From: a candidate division WOR-3 bacterium
GTDB lineage: Bacteria; Hydrothermota; Hydrothermia; B15-G9; WFZT01
Length of the DNA stretch: 15,254 bases
Direction: 5' to 3'
Assembly: GCA_027053075.1 (NCBI GenBank)
Contig: JALUEE010000043.1
Span: 1 to 15,254, forward strand
Part shown: positions 7,169 through 15,254 of the stretch, in pieces
Layout of the letters: each line of letters begins with the position of its first letter
Numbering within the stretch: position 1 is the first letter of the stretch
Program-made: the position numbers and the translations under genes
The notes under the pieces: model-generated
What the model saw: the letters and a program-made list of their open reading frames with translations, nothing else
The model's database searches: none
What the model was told of the DNA's origin: nothing

Positions 7169-8340
7169 ATATTAACGAGTTAGAGGCTCTCATTCAATCC
7201 GGTCTGGAAGATGAAAATGTGGAGTTTAAGGAAACGCTTCCATCTAATAGGGAGCTTGCTAAATGGTTTGTATGTTTTGCCAACGCTTATGGCGGTAAAA
7301 TAATTTTTGGTGTGGACAACGATGGAGAAATCATAGGAATTGAAAAAGAGAAAGTTGATCGTATCCTGCTCCAAATTGACGATGTAGCCTTGAGACGATG
7401 TGAGCCACCGGTAGTAATTCATTATGAGGTTGTAGAAATAGATGAAAATAGAGCCGTTATCGTTATCAACATACCAGATGGAAACAATAAACCTTATTTC
7501 GTTAAAGATGGCCGAGCTTATATTAGAAGCGGAAACCGATGCCGACCTGCAACTCGTTATGAGCATATCAGATTAGCTCATCTTTCCAGAGGTATAAACT
7601 TTGATGAAGTCCCTATCAGAGGCGCTACATTTTCAGATATGGATATATCTTACGCTCGTGATTTTTTCAAAAAGTATTATACACTTGATTTAAAATCGAA
7701 TGAAAATCTTAAAACTGTTATGAGAAATTTGAAATTGATCAACGAAGATGAAATTCCGACCCTTGCTGGCCTTTTATTCTTTTCAGAATTGCCACAAAAA
7801 TTTCTTCCTGAAACCACGATTATAACTGCCCATTTCCCAACAGAGGATGTTGTTGTGCCCCCTGATGATAAAAAGAACATTATGGGTAAAGTTGAAGATA
7901 TGCTCAGGGACATTGAAAGAATTTTCAACATTTATATAAAAGAGTCTCATGAAATTGTTGGTTTTGAGAACGAGATTCGTCAGGAAATCCCATTGTCCGT
8001 TCTGAAGGAAAGTGTCGTCAACGCTATTGCTCACAGAGATTATACTGTTCAGGCACCTATCCGGGTCTTCATCTTCCCTAACCGTGTCGAGATTCATACA
8101 CCTGGTGGACTGCCCAACACGGTAACCCTCGAAGGTATGAAACTCGGTATTCATGTCCCCCGTAATCCCTTGATTTATTCGCTTTTGGAACGCATGGGAC
8201 TTGTAACCGGTGTCGGGAGGGGAATTCCAAGCATTATAGAGACAATGAAGAAAATCGGGAAAGAGGTAGAACTTTGTCTTGTAAAAGATAAGGAAATGGG
8301 AATAGTAAGTGAGTTTGTCTTGACACTATTTAGGTTATGA
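7165..8340 (+). CDS. Schlafen/AlbA_2 + HATPase_c_4 protein (often annotated RecG-like/ATP-binding protein), lacking the usual C-terminal HTH
   Basis: 'EDENVEFKE', 'CFANAYGGKIIFGVDNDG'; GHKL-like 'LKESVVNAIAHRDY', 'IHTPGGLP', 'PRNPLI', 'GVGRGI'. SD GGAGGTG. ATGA overlaps at both ends. Confidence 0.88.
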   Translation: MNINELEALIQSGLEDENVEFKETLPSNRELAKWFVCFANAYGGKIIFGVDNDGEIIGIEKEKVDRILLQIDDVALRRCEPPVVIHYEVVEIDENRAVIVINIPDGNNKPYFVKDGRAYIRSGNRCRPATRYEHIRLAHLSRGINFDEVPIRGATFSDMDISYARDFFKKYYTLDLKSNENLKTVMRNLKLINEDEIPTLAGLLFFSELPQKFLPETTIITAHFPTEDVVVPPDDKKNIMGKVEDMLRDIERIFNIYIKESHEIVGFENEIRQEIPLSVLKESVVNAIAHRDYTVQAPIRVFIFPNRVEIHTPGGLPNTVTLEGMKLGIHVPRNPLIYSLLERMGLVTGVGRGIPSIIETMKKIGKEVELCLVKDKEMGIVSEFVLTLFRL

Positions 8341-11300
8341 ATAGCTTTTCAGAAAAAAATCTTGTTGAAGATTTCCTGATTAACAAGCTTCAGGAGCAGG
8401 GCTGGAAATACATTGCGGGCGATGAATTGGAAAGAACCGATTTGACTGAACCTTTTATAATCCCTGAGCTGGAGAAAGCAATTTTAACTCTCAACGCTAA
8501 TCTGAACCTTACACCAGACGAGGTTCAGAAGGTCATAAATGCCATTGAATTAACCGGCTACGGTCTGGAAGGCAATAGAAAGGTTTTAAGACTTCTCAAA
8601 CACGGCGTTTCTTTGAAAAGAGAAAAAACTCATATTGTTGAAAGAGTTAAACTCATTGACTACCAGAATATTCAAAATAACATCCTTGTCGTGTCGAATC
8701 AGGTGGTTTATCAGGGTAAGGAAACGATTCGTGTTGACATAATGCTATATGTGAATGGCATTCCTTTAGTAAACATTGAATGCAAAAATCCTACACGCCC
8801 CGGCCAGAATTGGTATGTGGCTTATAAACAGATTAAACACTATGAGGAGCTTGTGTCAGACCTTTATCGCTATGTGCAAATCGGCATCGGCGCTGCAAAG
8901 ATTGCTAGATATTTCCCAATTGTCCCTGGTGTCGAAAAAGTTCATACATACGAATGGAAATCCTCAAGGAAAGAGGCTGACCCGCTTAAGAATATATTGG
9001 AATTTCTGGAGCCTCAGATATTACTTGACATTATCCGACACTTTTTGTTTTACCGGGAGGAGCGAGGAGAAAGGACAAAGGTCATTGCCCGTTACATGCA
9101 ATATCGAGCTGCTAACAAGATTGTCAGGCGTGTCTTAGCGAATATGGGATTTATGGAAAGTCCCGATGATTCTGGCAAAAACAAGGGACTTATCTGGCAC
9201 TGGCAGGGGTCAGGTAAAACACTAACTATGATTTTTGCTGCTGAGAAGTTATACCAGCTTCTTGGCAACCCCACCATGTTTTTCATTGTCGATAGAATAG
9301 AGTTAGAGGACCAATTTTTAAGGAATTTCACAGCCCTCGATCTGCCTTTTCAGGTGGAAGTCGTTCAATCCATTGCAGAGCTGAAAGAAGTTTTAAAGCA
9401 TGACAGCTATCGGGGGAAAAGGGGTATTTTTCTGACACTCATACACAAATTCCAGCCATCGGAGCTTGATAAACTTCAGTCGGAATTAAAAAAACTGTCA
9501 AAGGATTATCAAACGGTTTTAAACCGCAGAGACATCATCTTATTCATCGACGAAGGACATCGATCCCAGTATGGCCTTATGGCTGCCCAGATGAAAGCTA
9601 TTTTCAAAAACGCATTTGCTTTTGCATTTACCGGGACCCCTTTGGCAATTAAAGGCAGGGATACTTTTAACGAGTTTGCCTACCCACCCGATGAATTCTA
9701 TCTTGATCGCTATTTTGTCTCAGATTCCCTGCGCGACGGATATACAGTTAAGATCGTTTATCAACCCCGTTTAGAAAAAGATGTTCATCTCAAAAGGGAA
9801 CTCTTAGAAGCTTTTTTGGATGCAGAGCTCGAGGAGTTGCCAGAGGAATCGAGGGAAGAAGTTGAGGATAGGATTGCAAGGCGGCTTAGTGCTATTCGTG
9901 TATTTCTCGAAAATCCTAATAGAATTGATAAAGTGACTCAGGATATTGCTAAACATTTTAAAGAAGATCTTGATGGCAAATTTAAGGCAATGGTGGTCAC
10001 TGCAAGCAGAAGGGCCTGTGTTAAATTTAAAGAGGCGCTTGATAAGTACTTACCATCTGAATACTCGGAAATAGTTATGACATACACAACTCAAGATGTT
10101 CCTGAAATAGAGTCTTACAGAAGGAAACTTATGGGTCGTTTCCCGGGGATGGATATCGATGCTATTCGGGATAAAATTGTCGAACGGTTCAAAGAGGAAG
10201 AATTACCGAAGATTTTGATAGTCACCGATATGCTGCTTACGGGCTTTGACGCCCCTATTCTCCAGACAATGTATCTTGTAAAACCTTTAAAAGGCCACAG
10301 ACTGCTTCAGGCTATTGCGCGAGTGAATCGCCCATTCGGGGAAGTTAAAGAAGCTGGTTTGATATTGGACTATGTTGGAGTTCTTAAGCATTTGAAACGA
10401 GCCTTTCAGATGTATAACGAAAATGATCTCAGGAATGTGCTCTACAAATACGATTCTCTTGTTACCGAGTTTGAATTGTTGATTGAGGAGTTTAACAGTA
10501 TGTTTGAAAATATCCCTCGAAATTACGACAGAGATACACTTATCAAGGCGTTTGAAAGAATAATGGAAAACGAAGATAGAGAAGAAGAATTCAAGGAGAA
10601 ATATTGGACTCTCAGGAAAGTGTTTGAAATGCTCGGTCCTAACGAAGTGAAATTGAAGTATCTTGAGGATTACAAATGGCTGTCAGGTGTTTATGTTTAC
10701 TATGTCCGTATGTCGGTAGGACATAAAACTGACAATATCTCATCAAAATATTTTGATAAAACCTTGAAATACATCTACCATTCCACTGAAGTTAAAGAAA
10801 TAGAAAATTCCCTGCCTGCTATCGAGTTTGACGAGACATACATGCGTAAGATCGAAGAAAAAGGTGCAAGTGATGAGGAGAAAGCGGCTAATATCCTTTT
10901 TGCCCTGAACAGAATGGTTCTTGTTGACAGAAATTCTGATCCAATAACAGAAAGTCTGATGGAAAGGGTCGAAAAACTGATAGAAGCATGGCGAAAAAGA
11001 ACAAAAGATTACAGAGAACTCTACAAGGAAGGGGTAAATTTATTTAAAAAGCTCAACACACTGAGAAGCAGACAGATACAACTTAAGCTGTGTCCTGTTG
11101 AGTATAGTGTGCTGCTCGAATTGGAGAGGATGTTTGGCGAAAAAGCGGATTGGGTGAATGTGACGAGGGAGCTCTTCAACAGACTGAGGCCATTTATGAT
11201 AGACGGATGGGTGGCTCAGGGGGCACTTAAAAAAGCGGTCGAGAGGGAACTTAGAGTCTTCACGCGAAAGCTGAGAAAAGAGTTGGGACTATCTTTTGAA

Positions 11301-11387
11301 AAAATGGATACACTTTACAAGAGACTTTTGAAAAGAATCACTCATTATGGAGTCAGAGGATTACCGGATGCATCCGAAAGGGATTAA
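8337..11387 (+). CDS. hsdR: Type I restriction endonuclease subunit R
   Basis: Nuclease motif 'RVDIMLYVNGIPLVNIECK'. SF2 helicase motifs WHWQGSGKT, IVDRIELEDQ, DEGHRSQYG, FTGTP, DMLLTGFDAP, QAIARVNR. 1016 aa. Confidence 0.97.
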   Translation: MNSFSEKNLVEDFLINKLQEQGWKYIAGDELERTDLTEPFIIPELEKAILTLNANLNLTPDEVQKVINAIELTGYGLEGNRKVLRLLKHGVSLKREKTHIVERVKLIDYQNIQNNILVVSNQVVYQGKETIRVDIMLYVNGIPLVNIECKNPTRPGQNWYVAYKQIKHYEELVSDLYRYVQIGIGAAKIARYFPIVPGVEKVHTYEWKSSRKEADPLKNILEFLEPQILLDIIRHFLFYREERGERTKVIARYMQYRAANKIVRRVLANMGFMESPDDSGKNKGLIWHWQGSGKTLTMIFAAEKLYQLLGNPTMFFIVDRIELEDQFLRNFTALDLPFQVEVVQSIAELKEVLKHDSYRGKRGIFLTLIHKFQPSELDKLQSELKKLSKDYQTVLNRRDIILFIDEGHRSQYGLMAAQMKAIFKNAFAFAFTGTPLAIKGRDTFNEFAYPPDEFYLDRYFVSDSLRDGYTVKIVYQPRLEKDVHLKRELLEAFLDAELEELPEESREEVEDRIARRLSAIRVFLENPNRIDKVTQDIAKHFKEDLDGKFKAMVVTASRRACVKFKEALDKYLPSEYSEIVMTYTTQDVPEIESYRRKLMGRFPGMDIDAIRDKIVERFKEEELPKILIVTDMLLTGFDAPILQTMYLVKPLKGHRLLQAIARVNRPFGEVKEAGLILDYVGVLKHLKRAFQMYNENDLRNVLYKYDSLVTEFELLIEEFNSMFENIPRNYDRDTLIKAFERIMENEDREEEFKEKYWTLRKVFEMLGPNEVKLKYLEDYKWLSGVYVYYVRMSVGHKTDNISSKYFDKTLKYIYHSTEVKEIENSLPAIEFDETYMRKIEEKGASDEEKAANILFALNRMVLVDRNSDPITESLMERVEKLIEAWRKRTKDYRELYKEGVNLFKKLNTLRSRQIQLKLCPVEYSVLLELERMFGEKADWVNVTRELFNRLRPFMIDGWVAQGALKKAVERELRVFTRKLRKELGLSFEKMDTLYKRLLKRITHYGVRGLPDASERD

Positions 11388-11925
11388 ATATTTTCACGGT
11401 GTCCCATATCGGGTTTTTTACCGCCGAGTCAAATATGCTCGTCTCGAATTCTATTCCGGCATACTTAATTTGATTTTACCCTATGGAAGGTCAGCTCAGG
11501 AAATTTTGAACAAAAAGCAGAACTGGATAGTCAAGAAATACAATTTTATTCAGGCATCTAAAAAGTCAGCTCAAAATCTCCCGCTCAAGGATCGGACGCG
11601 CAACGAACTCAGGATTATCATCCAGGAATTTATCAAAGAGGCAGAAGACACCCTTTCTGTCCGTGTGAACAAGCTCATTATTCGCAGGATGAAAACTAAA
11701 TGGGGAAGCTGCTCCAATCGGGGAACAATCACGATAAATTCCCTTGCCCGGTATCTCCCCGATGAACTTATCAGGTATCTTGTGTTTCATGAAGTAAATC
11801 ACATCTTATTCTGGAAACACGATAAAGGCTTCTGGAATAATCTCAAAAACGCAATAGGGACTGAACCGTCGAAATATGAAGAACTTCTTACACTTTATTG
11901 GTTTAAAATATCCGAGATGGAGTAG
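11347..11925 (+). CDS. YgjP/DUF45 (M48-like) zinc metallopeptidase-domain protein, commonly found after hsdR
   Basis: 'MKTKWGSCS', 'YLVFHEVNH' (HExxH), 'HDKGFW'. Typical position downstream of hsdR. Confidence 0.9.
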   Translation: MESEDYRMHPKGIKYFHGVPYRVFYRRVKYARLEFYSGILNLILPYGRSAQEILNKKQNWIVKKYNFIQASKKSAQNLPLKDRTRNELRIIIQEFIKEAEDTLSVRVNKLIIRRMKTKWGSCSNRGTITINSLARYLPDELIRYLVFHEVNHILFWKHDKGFWNNLKNAIGTEPSKYEELLTLYWFKISEME

Positions 11926-12002
11926 TAAGAAAATCACGCATCAAAAAAACACTCCGACATGTGCCTTAATATCTTTCTGATGCAGGGGCGAATACATTGC
12001 GG

Positions 12003-12008
12003 TATAAT
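12003..12008 (+). promoter_or_regulatory. Possible -10 element (TATAAT) for the exported-protein gene pair
   Basis: Consensus TATAAT about 47 nt upstream of ATG 12055. No convincing -35. Confidence 0.4.
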
Positions 12009-12054
12009 CTCGTTGCCCATTGTGAAATTTAGAAACCAACGGGAGGCTGTCATT

Positions 12055-12876
12055 ATGCTATATTTCCCTCTGATAGCTTTGTTTATATCGGGCTTAACGG
12101 TGAAATCGGGTAAACCTGTCGATGTTACCGTGATCAAGAAAATCGAGGTAAAACAGAGATACCACCTTCTGACCAGGACCAACCCGATCAAGATCGATGT
12201 TACAGGCCCATCGATCGTAAGGTTTTATACAAGGCTCGTGTTCAGCGATCCGACCCGCCGTAAAGGGCGGTATAGTCTGATAATCGAGGAGGATACAGTT
12301 AAGCAGAAGGTTGTCAGCAAATCGACATCGATATCAAAAGGTGCAAAGTGGAACGGGTATCGACTTGGAAAGTGGAGGTCATTCGTCGTGGAAGTCCCGC
12401 CCGGCAAGCACATTTACAAAATCTACTTGTTTGACGGCACTTTTGACTCTGTCCTTGTTAGGCCTGTTGTTCAAGAAACCCATGGATGGAAGGAGTTGGT
12501 ACCTCAGAACAAAGCGGCTCAGGTGGTAGCTGTCGAGAACAACAGCCCGATAAGATACTGGATGGCTGAAGGCGGTAAAATCTCATTCTCTGTGGACGGC
12601 CCTGCGAAGCTAAAGGTTTATTCTCGATATGCTTTCGGCCCTGAAGAAGCCGAACCTCAGGATTTTTATGTTCAGGTTTACGCTGACGGTAATCAATTGG
12701 CGGAAAAGGAGTTCACAGTCATGAAGTCGAGAAGCGTTTACTTTCAAGATAGGGCTGATCGCCATCCCTCAACAAGGAAAACAGTATGGGTTGACCTCCC
12801 TGAAGGTCACCACACGGTTGAGGTGAAAGTCCCATCAGGTGTTGTCATCAGGGCGTTGGTCAACAAACTGAGATAA
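12055..12876 (+). CDS. Exported hypothetical protein with two tandem beta-rich repeat domains (start reassigned from 11959 to 12055)
   Basis: SD GGGAGG at 12041-12046 precedes in-frame ATG 12055. Hydrophobic N-terminus MLYFPLIALFISG. Internal duplication VTGPSIVRFYTRLVF / VDGPAKLKVYSRYAF and VEVPPGKHIYKI / VDLPEGHHTVEV. Confidence 0.7.
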   Translation: MLYFPLIALFISGLTVKSGKPVDVTVIKKIEVKQRYHLLTRTNPIKIDVTGPSIVRFYTRLVFSDPTRRKGRYSLIIEEDTVKQKVVSKSTSISKGAKWNGYRLGKWRSFVVEVPPGKHIYKIYLFDGTFDSVLVRPVVQETHGWKELVPQNKAAQVVAVENNSPIRYWMAEGGKISFSVDGPAKLKVYSRYAFGPEEAEPQDFYVQVYADGNQLAEKEFTVMKSRSVYFQDRADRHPSTRKTVWVDLPEGHHTVEVKVPSGVVIRALVNKLR

Positions 12877-12900
12877 ATCCGACCCAGCAGGAGGCTTGAG

Positions 12901-13818
12901 ATGGCATTGATAATGATGTTTCTTGCGGCCCAATTCTGGCCTATCCACCTTGCAACCGACAAAACTGCCCATGTGACGATGTCGCTTGCCTATGACGACA
13001 ATGTTTTCAGATACTCAGACGAAGTCATATCGAAGATACTCAATGGCAAAGTCCGCCTTCCGATTAAATCGATAGACGACCTCAGAATGGAGATGAAAGG
13101 AACTCTGAAATGGAAGATTATGCGCACAAGTTACTTAACTTTTGGCTTGAATTCAACAACTTATGCGAGGAATACTGGAAAAAGCTATCAGCATATCTCG
13201 ATTGGTTTCTCATACTCCAATTTGAAGCTATCGGCAGCCTATACTCCTTACAAATTGCTTTTTTACACGACCAGAAGTCAGAAGCCGCTCGGATACCACT
13301 CGTTTAACTCTTCGCTGGAATACAGCGTGCCGTTGAAATGGGCGAAGCTGAAAGCGAAGGCCGTGGCGGGCTACATCGATTTTGAGGATAGCCTTTTTGG
13401 TTACATAACTGGCCCATTTTATGCGGGTGAAGTGGAGTTGATAAGAGGCTCAAATTTCGTAGCGATCAGGAAGCGAATTCAGTTGAGCCGTGATGGTGGC
13501 ATCTTTGACGGTTTCTGTGAAAGAGGGGTGCGCTTCGGAATTAGAATAAACACCTCGACAAGCTCATACTGGAAACTATATGGCACATACAGAAATCGGC
13601 GATTTTCACCTGCCGATGAGAGCCACACGCGCATAGACGACATTTACAGCCTGTCCAGTAAATTCATGTTCAGGGCAAATCCGAGGGTGGAATTGGGGCC
13701 ATTCGTGAAGTTGGGTTTAAGGAAGATTTACCGCAGGTTTCAGGGGAATGTGTCTGTAGGGCGCGGCATGCCTTACAGGGAGGTGATCAGCGGTTTCTTG
13801 ATGGTGGTAACGATATAA
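12901..13818 (+). CDS. Probable outer-membrane beta-barrel protein
   Basis: SD AGGAGG at 12889-12894. Short hydrophobic N-terminus; 'SLAYDDNVFRYS' first-strand motif seen in some barrel families; Y/F/G/S-rich alternating strands; terminal amphipathic strand. Confidence 0.6.
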   Translation: MALIMMFLAAQFWPIHLATDKTAHVTMSLAYDDNVFRYSDEVISKILNGKVRLPIKSIDDLRMEMKGTLKWKIMRTSYLTFGLNSTTYARNTGKSYQHISIGFSYSNLKLSAAYTPYKLLFYTTRSQKPLGYHSFNSSLEYSVPLKWAKLKAKAVAGYIDFEDSLFGYITGPFYAGEVELIRGSNFVAIRKRIQLSRDGGIFDGFCERGVRFGIRINTSTSSYWKLYGTYRNRRFSPADESHTRIDDIYSLSSKFMFRANPRVELGPFVKLGLRKIYRRFQGNVSVGRGMPYREVISGFLMVVTI

Positions 13819-13824
13819 AAGGAA

Positions 13825-14230
13825 CAGGGAGGCATCCTGTAAGCCGAGTTCTGTTCCCGCTGTGCGGGCGGCGGCCATTTATCTGGGCGGCGAGTTACCC
13901 ACGCCGCTCAAGCGGCCTACCCGAAGGTCAAAGGGTGCGGGCCACACCCCGGAGCTGTGCGGCTCCTTCCCTTCATGTTTGGCCTTGCTCCGGGCGGGGG
14001 TTACCAGCACGGGATGTCACCATCCCGCCTGGTGGGCTCTTACCCCACCGTTTCACCCTTGCCTGATCCCCTGAACGGGGCCATCGGCGGTCTGGTTTCT
14101 GTGGCCCTATCCGTAGTGCCAGGGTCTCCCCTGACACCCCTGGGCGTTACCCAGCGCCCTGCCCTCTGGAGCTCGGACTTTCCTCAGGAGACACATCTCA
14201 GTCTCCCGCGGCCGCCCGGATGCCTCCCTG
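13825..14230 (-). ncRNA. rnpB: RNase P RNA, bacterial type A
   Basis: Minus strand has GAGGAAAGTCC (14185-14175) near the 5' end and ACAGAACTCGGCTTAC near the 3' end, which together form P4. Perfect 13-bp terminal P1 helix (13825-13837 with 14218-14230). About 406 nt, GC-rich. Confidence 0.97.
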
Positions 14231-14240
14231 CGAGGTCTTT

Positions 14241-14268
14241 AATTTAAAAACTCAATCGTTTCGTGCAA
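14241..14268 (-). promoter_or_regulatory. Putative rnpB promoter (-35 TTGCAC 14268-14263, 16-bp spacer, -10 TAAATT 14246-14241)
   Basis: Hexamers placed so that the start site falls a few nt before the P1 helix. Confidence 0.55.
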
Positions 14269-14339
14269 CCCCTGAGAACCACAAAGTCACACGGACATGA
14301 TTTGATTTAACCCATCCTGCTGATCTCGGTGTGATTAAG

Positions 14340-15254
14340 TCAATCTATTGGGCCAATCTCCGCCTCACGGAGGAATTTGGCAGCCTCTTCCGGAGGCGTT
14401 GGGTTTATGTAAAGCCCTGAACCCCACTCAAATCCAGCTATGCGTGTCAAGCGTGGCACAAGTTCAATATGCCAGTGGTAGTCCAAATGGATTGTGCTCC
14501 AGTAGTATTCGCGGCCCGGACGGGGATGTGGTGATGGCGCCGTGTGGAGTATCATGTTGTATGGCGGATCGTCCAACACCGTCTTTATGCGCTGTAACAT
14601 GTCTTTTAGCACATAGGCCAACTTCAAAAGGTCATTATCGTTGAGAAGCGCGAAATCGTGGAGATGTTTTTTGGGTAATATCCATGTCTCAAATGGGAAT
14701 GCCGACGCAAATGGAGCCCATTCTACGTAATCTTCATCCTCGTAAACGATTCTGTCCTTCAAAAGGAGTTCTTGCTTTATCAGGTCACAGAAGATGCATC
14801 TTTCCTTTCGTGAATAGTGTTCTCTTGCGACATTGAGCTCCTGAACGACAACCGGGGGGATAATTGGGGTGGCGATGAGCTGAGAATGAGAGTGTGGCAG
14901 AGAAGCCCCTGCCTCTGCACGATGGTTTTTGAAAACGAGGATATACCTGAACCTGACATCCTTTCGTAGGTCCTTAATTCGTTCTCGATACGCTATTAGC
15001 ACCTTTTTGATGTGTTCAACCGGCAGATCGCCCAGCGAGAGATGATGGTGAGGGCTCTCGATAATGACTTCATGGGCACCTATGCCGCTCACGATGTCGA
15101 AAAGTCCAAGCCCTTCCCTTTTCAACTCCCCCTCAATCCGCAACGCTGGATACTTGTTGGGCACAACCCTGACTTCCCAGCCCGAAGTGTTAGGTTTTCT
15201 GCCCTCTGGGGCTATGACGAACACCTCAGGCGGGGTCTTGCTCTCGTTTCCGTA
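14340..15254 (-). CDS. galT: Galactose-1-phosphate uridylyltransferase family (GalT/HIT) protein, 5' end beyond the window
   Basis: 'VRVVPNKYPAL', 'GAHEVIIESP', 'FKNHRAEAGASLPHSHSQ' (HxHxQ), 'CIFCD', 'HWHIE..PRL...AGFEWGSG'. The frame stays open to the window edge (YGNESKTPPEV...). Confidence 0.92.
   Translation of the reverse strand, partial: YGNESKTPPEVFVIAPEGRKPNTSGWEVRVVPNKYPALRIEGELKREGLGLFDIVSGIGAHEVIIESPHHHLSLGDLPVEHIKKVLIAYRERIKDLRKDVRFRYILVFKNHRAEAGASLPHSHSQLIATPIIPPVVVQELNVAREHYSRKERCIFCDLIKQELLLKDRIVYEDEDYVEWAPFASAFPFETWILPKKHLHDFALLNDNDLLKLAYVLKDMLQRIKTVLDDPPYNMILHTAPSPHPRPGREYYWSTIHLDYHWHIELVPRLTRIAGFEWGSGLYINPTPPEEAAKFLREAEIGPID

Noticed and set aside
7165..8340. Annotation as true RecG helicase
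   Set aside because: No SF2 helicase motifs; the architecture is AlbA_2 + HATPase_c_4.
11959..12054. Longer N-terminus for the exported protein (start 11959)
   Set aside because: No SD at 11959. SD, ATG and signal-like peptide at 12055 fit better, and a TATAAT lies within the extension.
13825..14230. Functional link between RNase P RNA and the predicted tRNA-targeting effectors
   Set aside because: rnpB is a core gene separated from the island by two unrelated genes; proximity alone is not evidence.
13862..14247. ORFs 13862..14074 and 13957..14247 on +
   Set aside because: They are antisense shadows of the GC-rich rnpB gene and have no protein motifs.
1..15254. CRISPR array, tRNA, IS or integrase
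   Set aside because: No regularly spaced repeats, cloverleaf, or transposase/recombinase motifs seen by eye.
15224..15254. GTG 15224 as the galT start
   Set aside because: The frame remains open with family-typical residues (GNESKTPPE) to the window edge, so the real start is outside.

Overview
Bacterial window (probably a diderm) with two parts. About 1-11.9 kb is a + strand defence island in which every ORF overlaps the next, downstream of a near-consensus sigma70 promoter whose -10 box lies inside a perfect 10-bp inverted repeat. Gene order: DUF6036-like nucleotidyltransferase; winged-helix-like partner fused in frame to a PD-(D/E)XK nuclease that keeps its own RBS/ATG; Fic-like C-terminal remnant; Schlafen/AlbA_2 protein; type I R-M hsdS; PHP-ABC/SMC ATPase (Ppl/TrlF-like); AlbA_2-HATPase_c_4 protein; hsdR; YgjP/M48 metallopeptidase. 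No hsdM is in the window. The ATPase plus Schlafen pair sits between hsdS and hsdR, the slot PrrC occupies in EcoPrrI, suggesting an uncharacterised R-M-guarding abortive module. About 12.0-15.25 kb looks like core genome: an exported tandem-repeat protein, a probable outer-membrane beta-barrel, rnpB (minus strand) and a 5'-truncated galT-family gene (minus strand). Family calls come from motif recognition by eye, not database searches.
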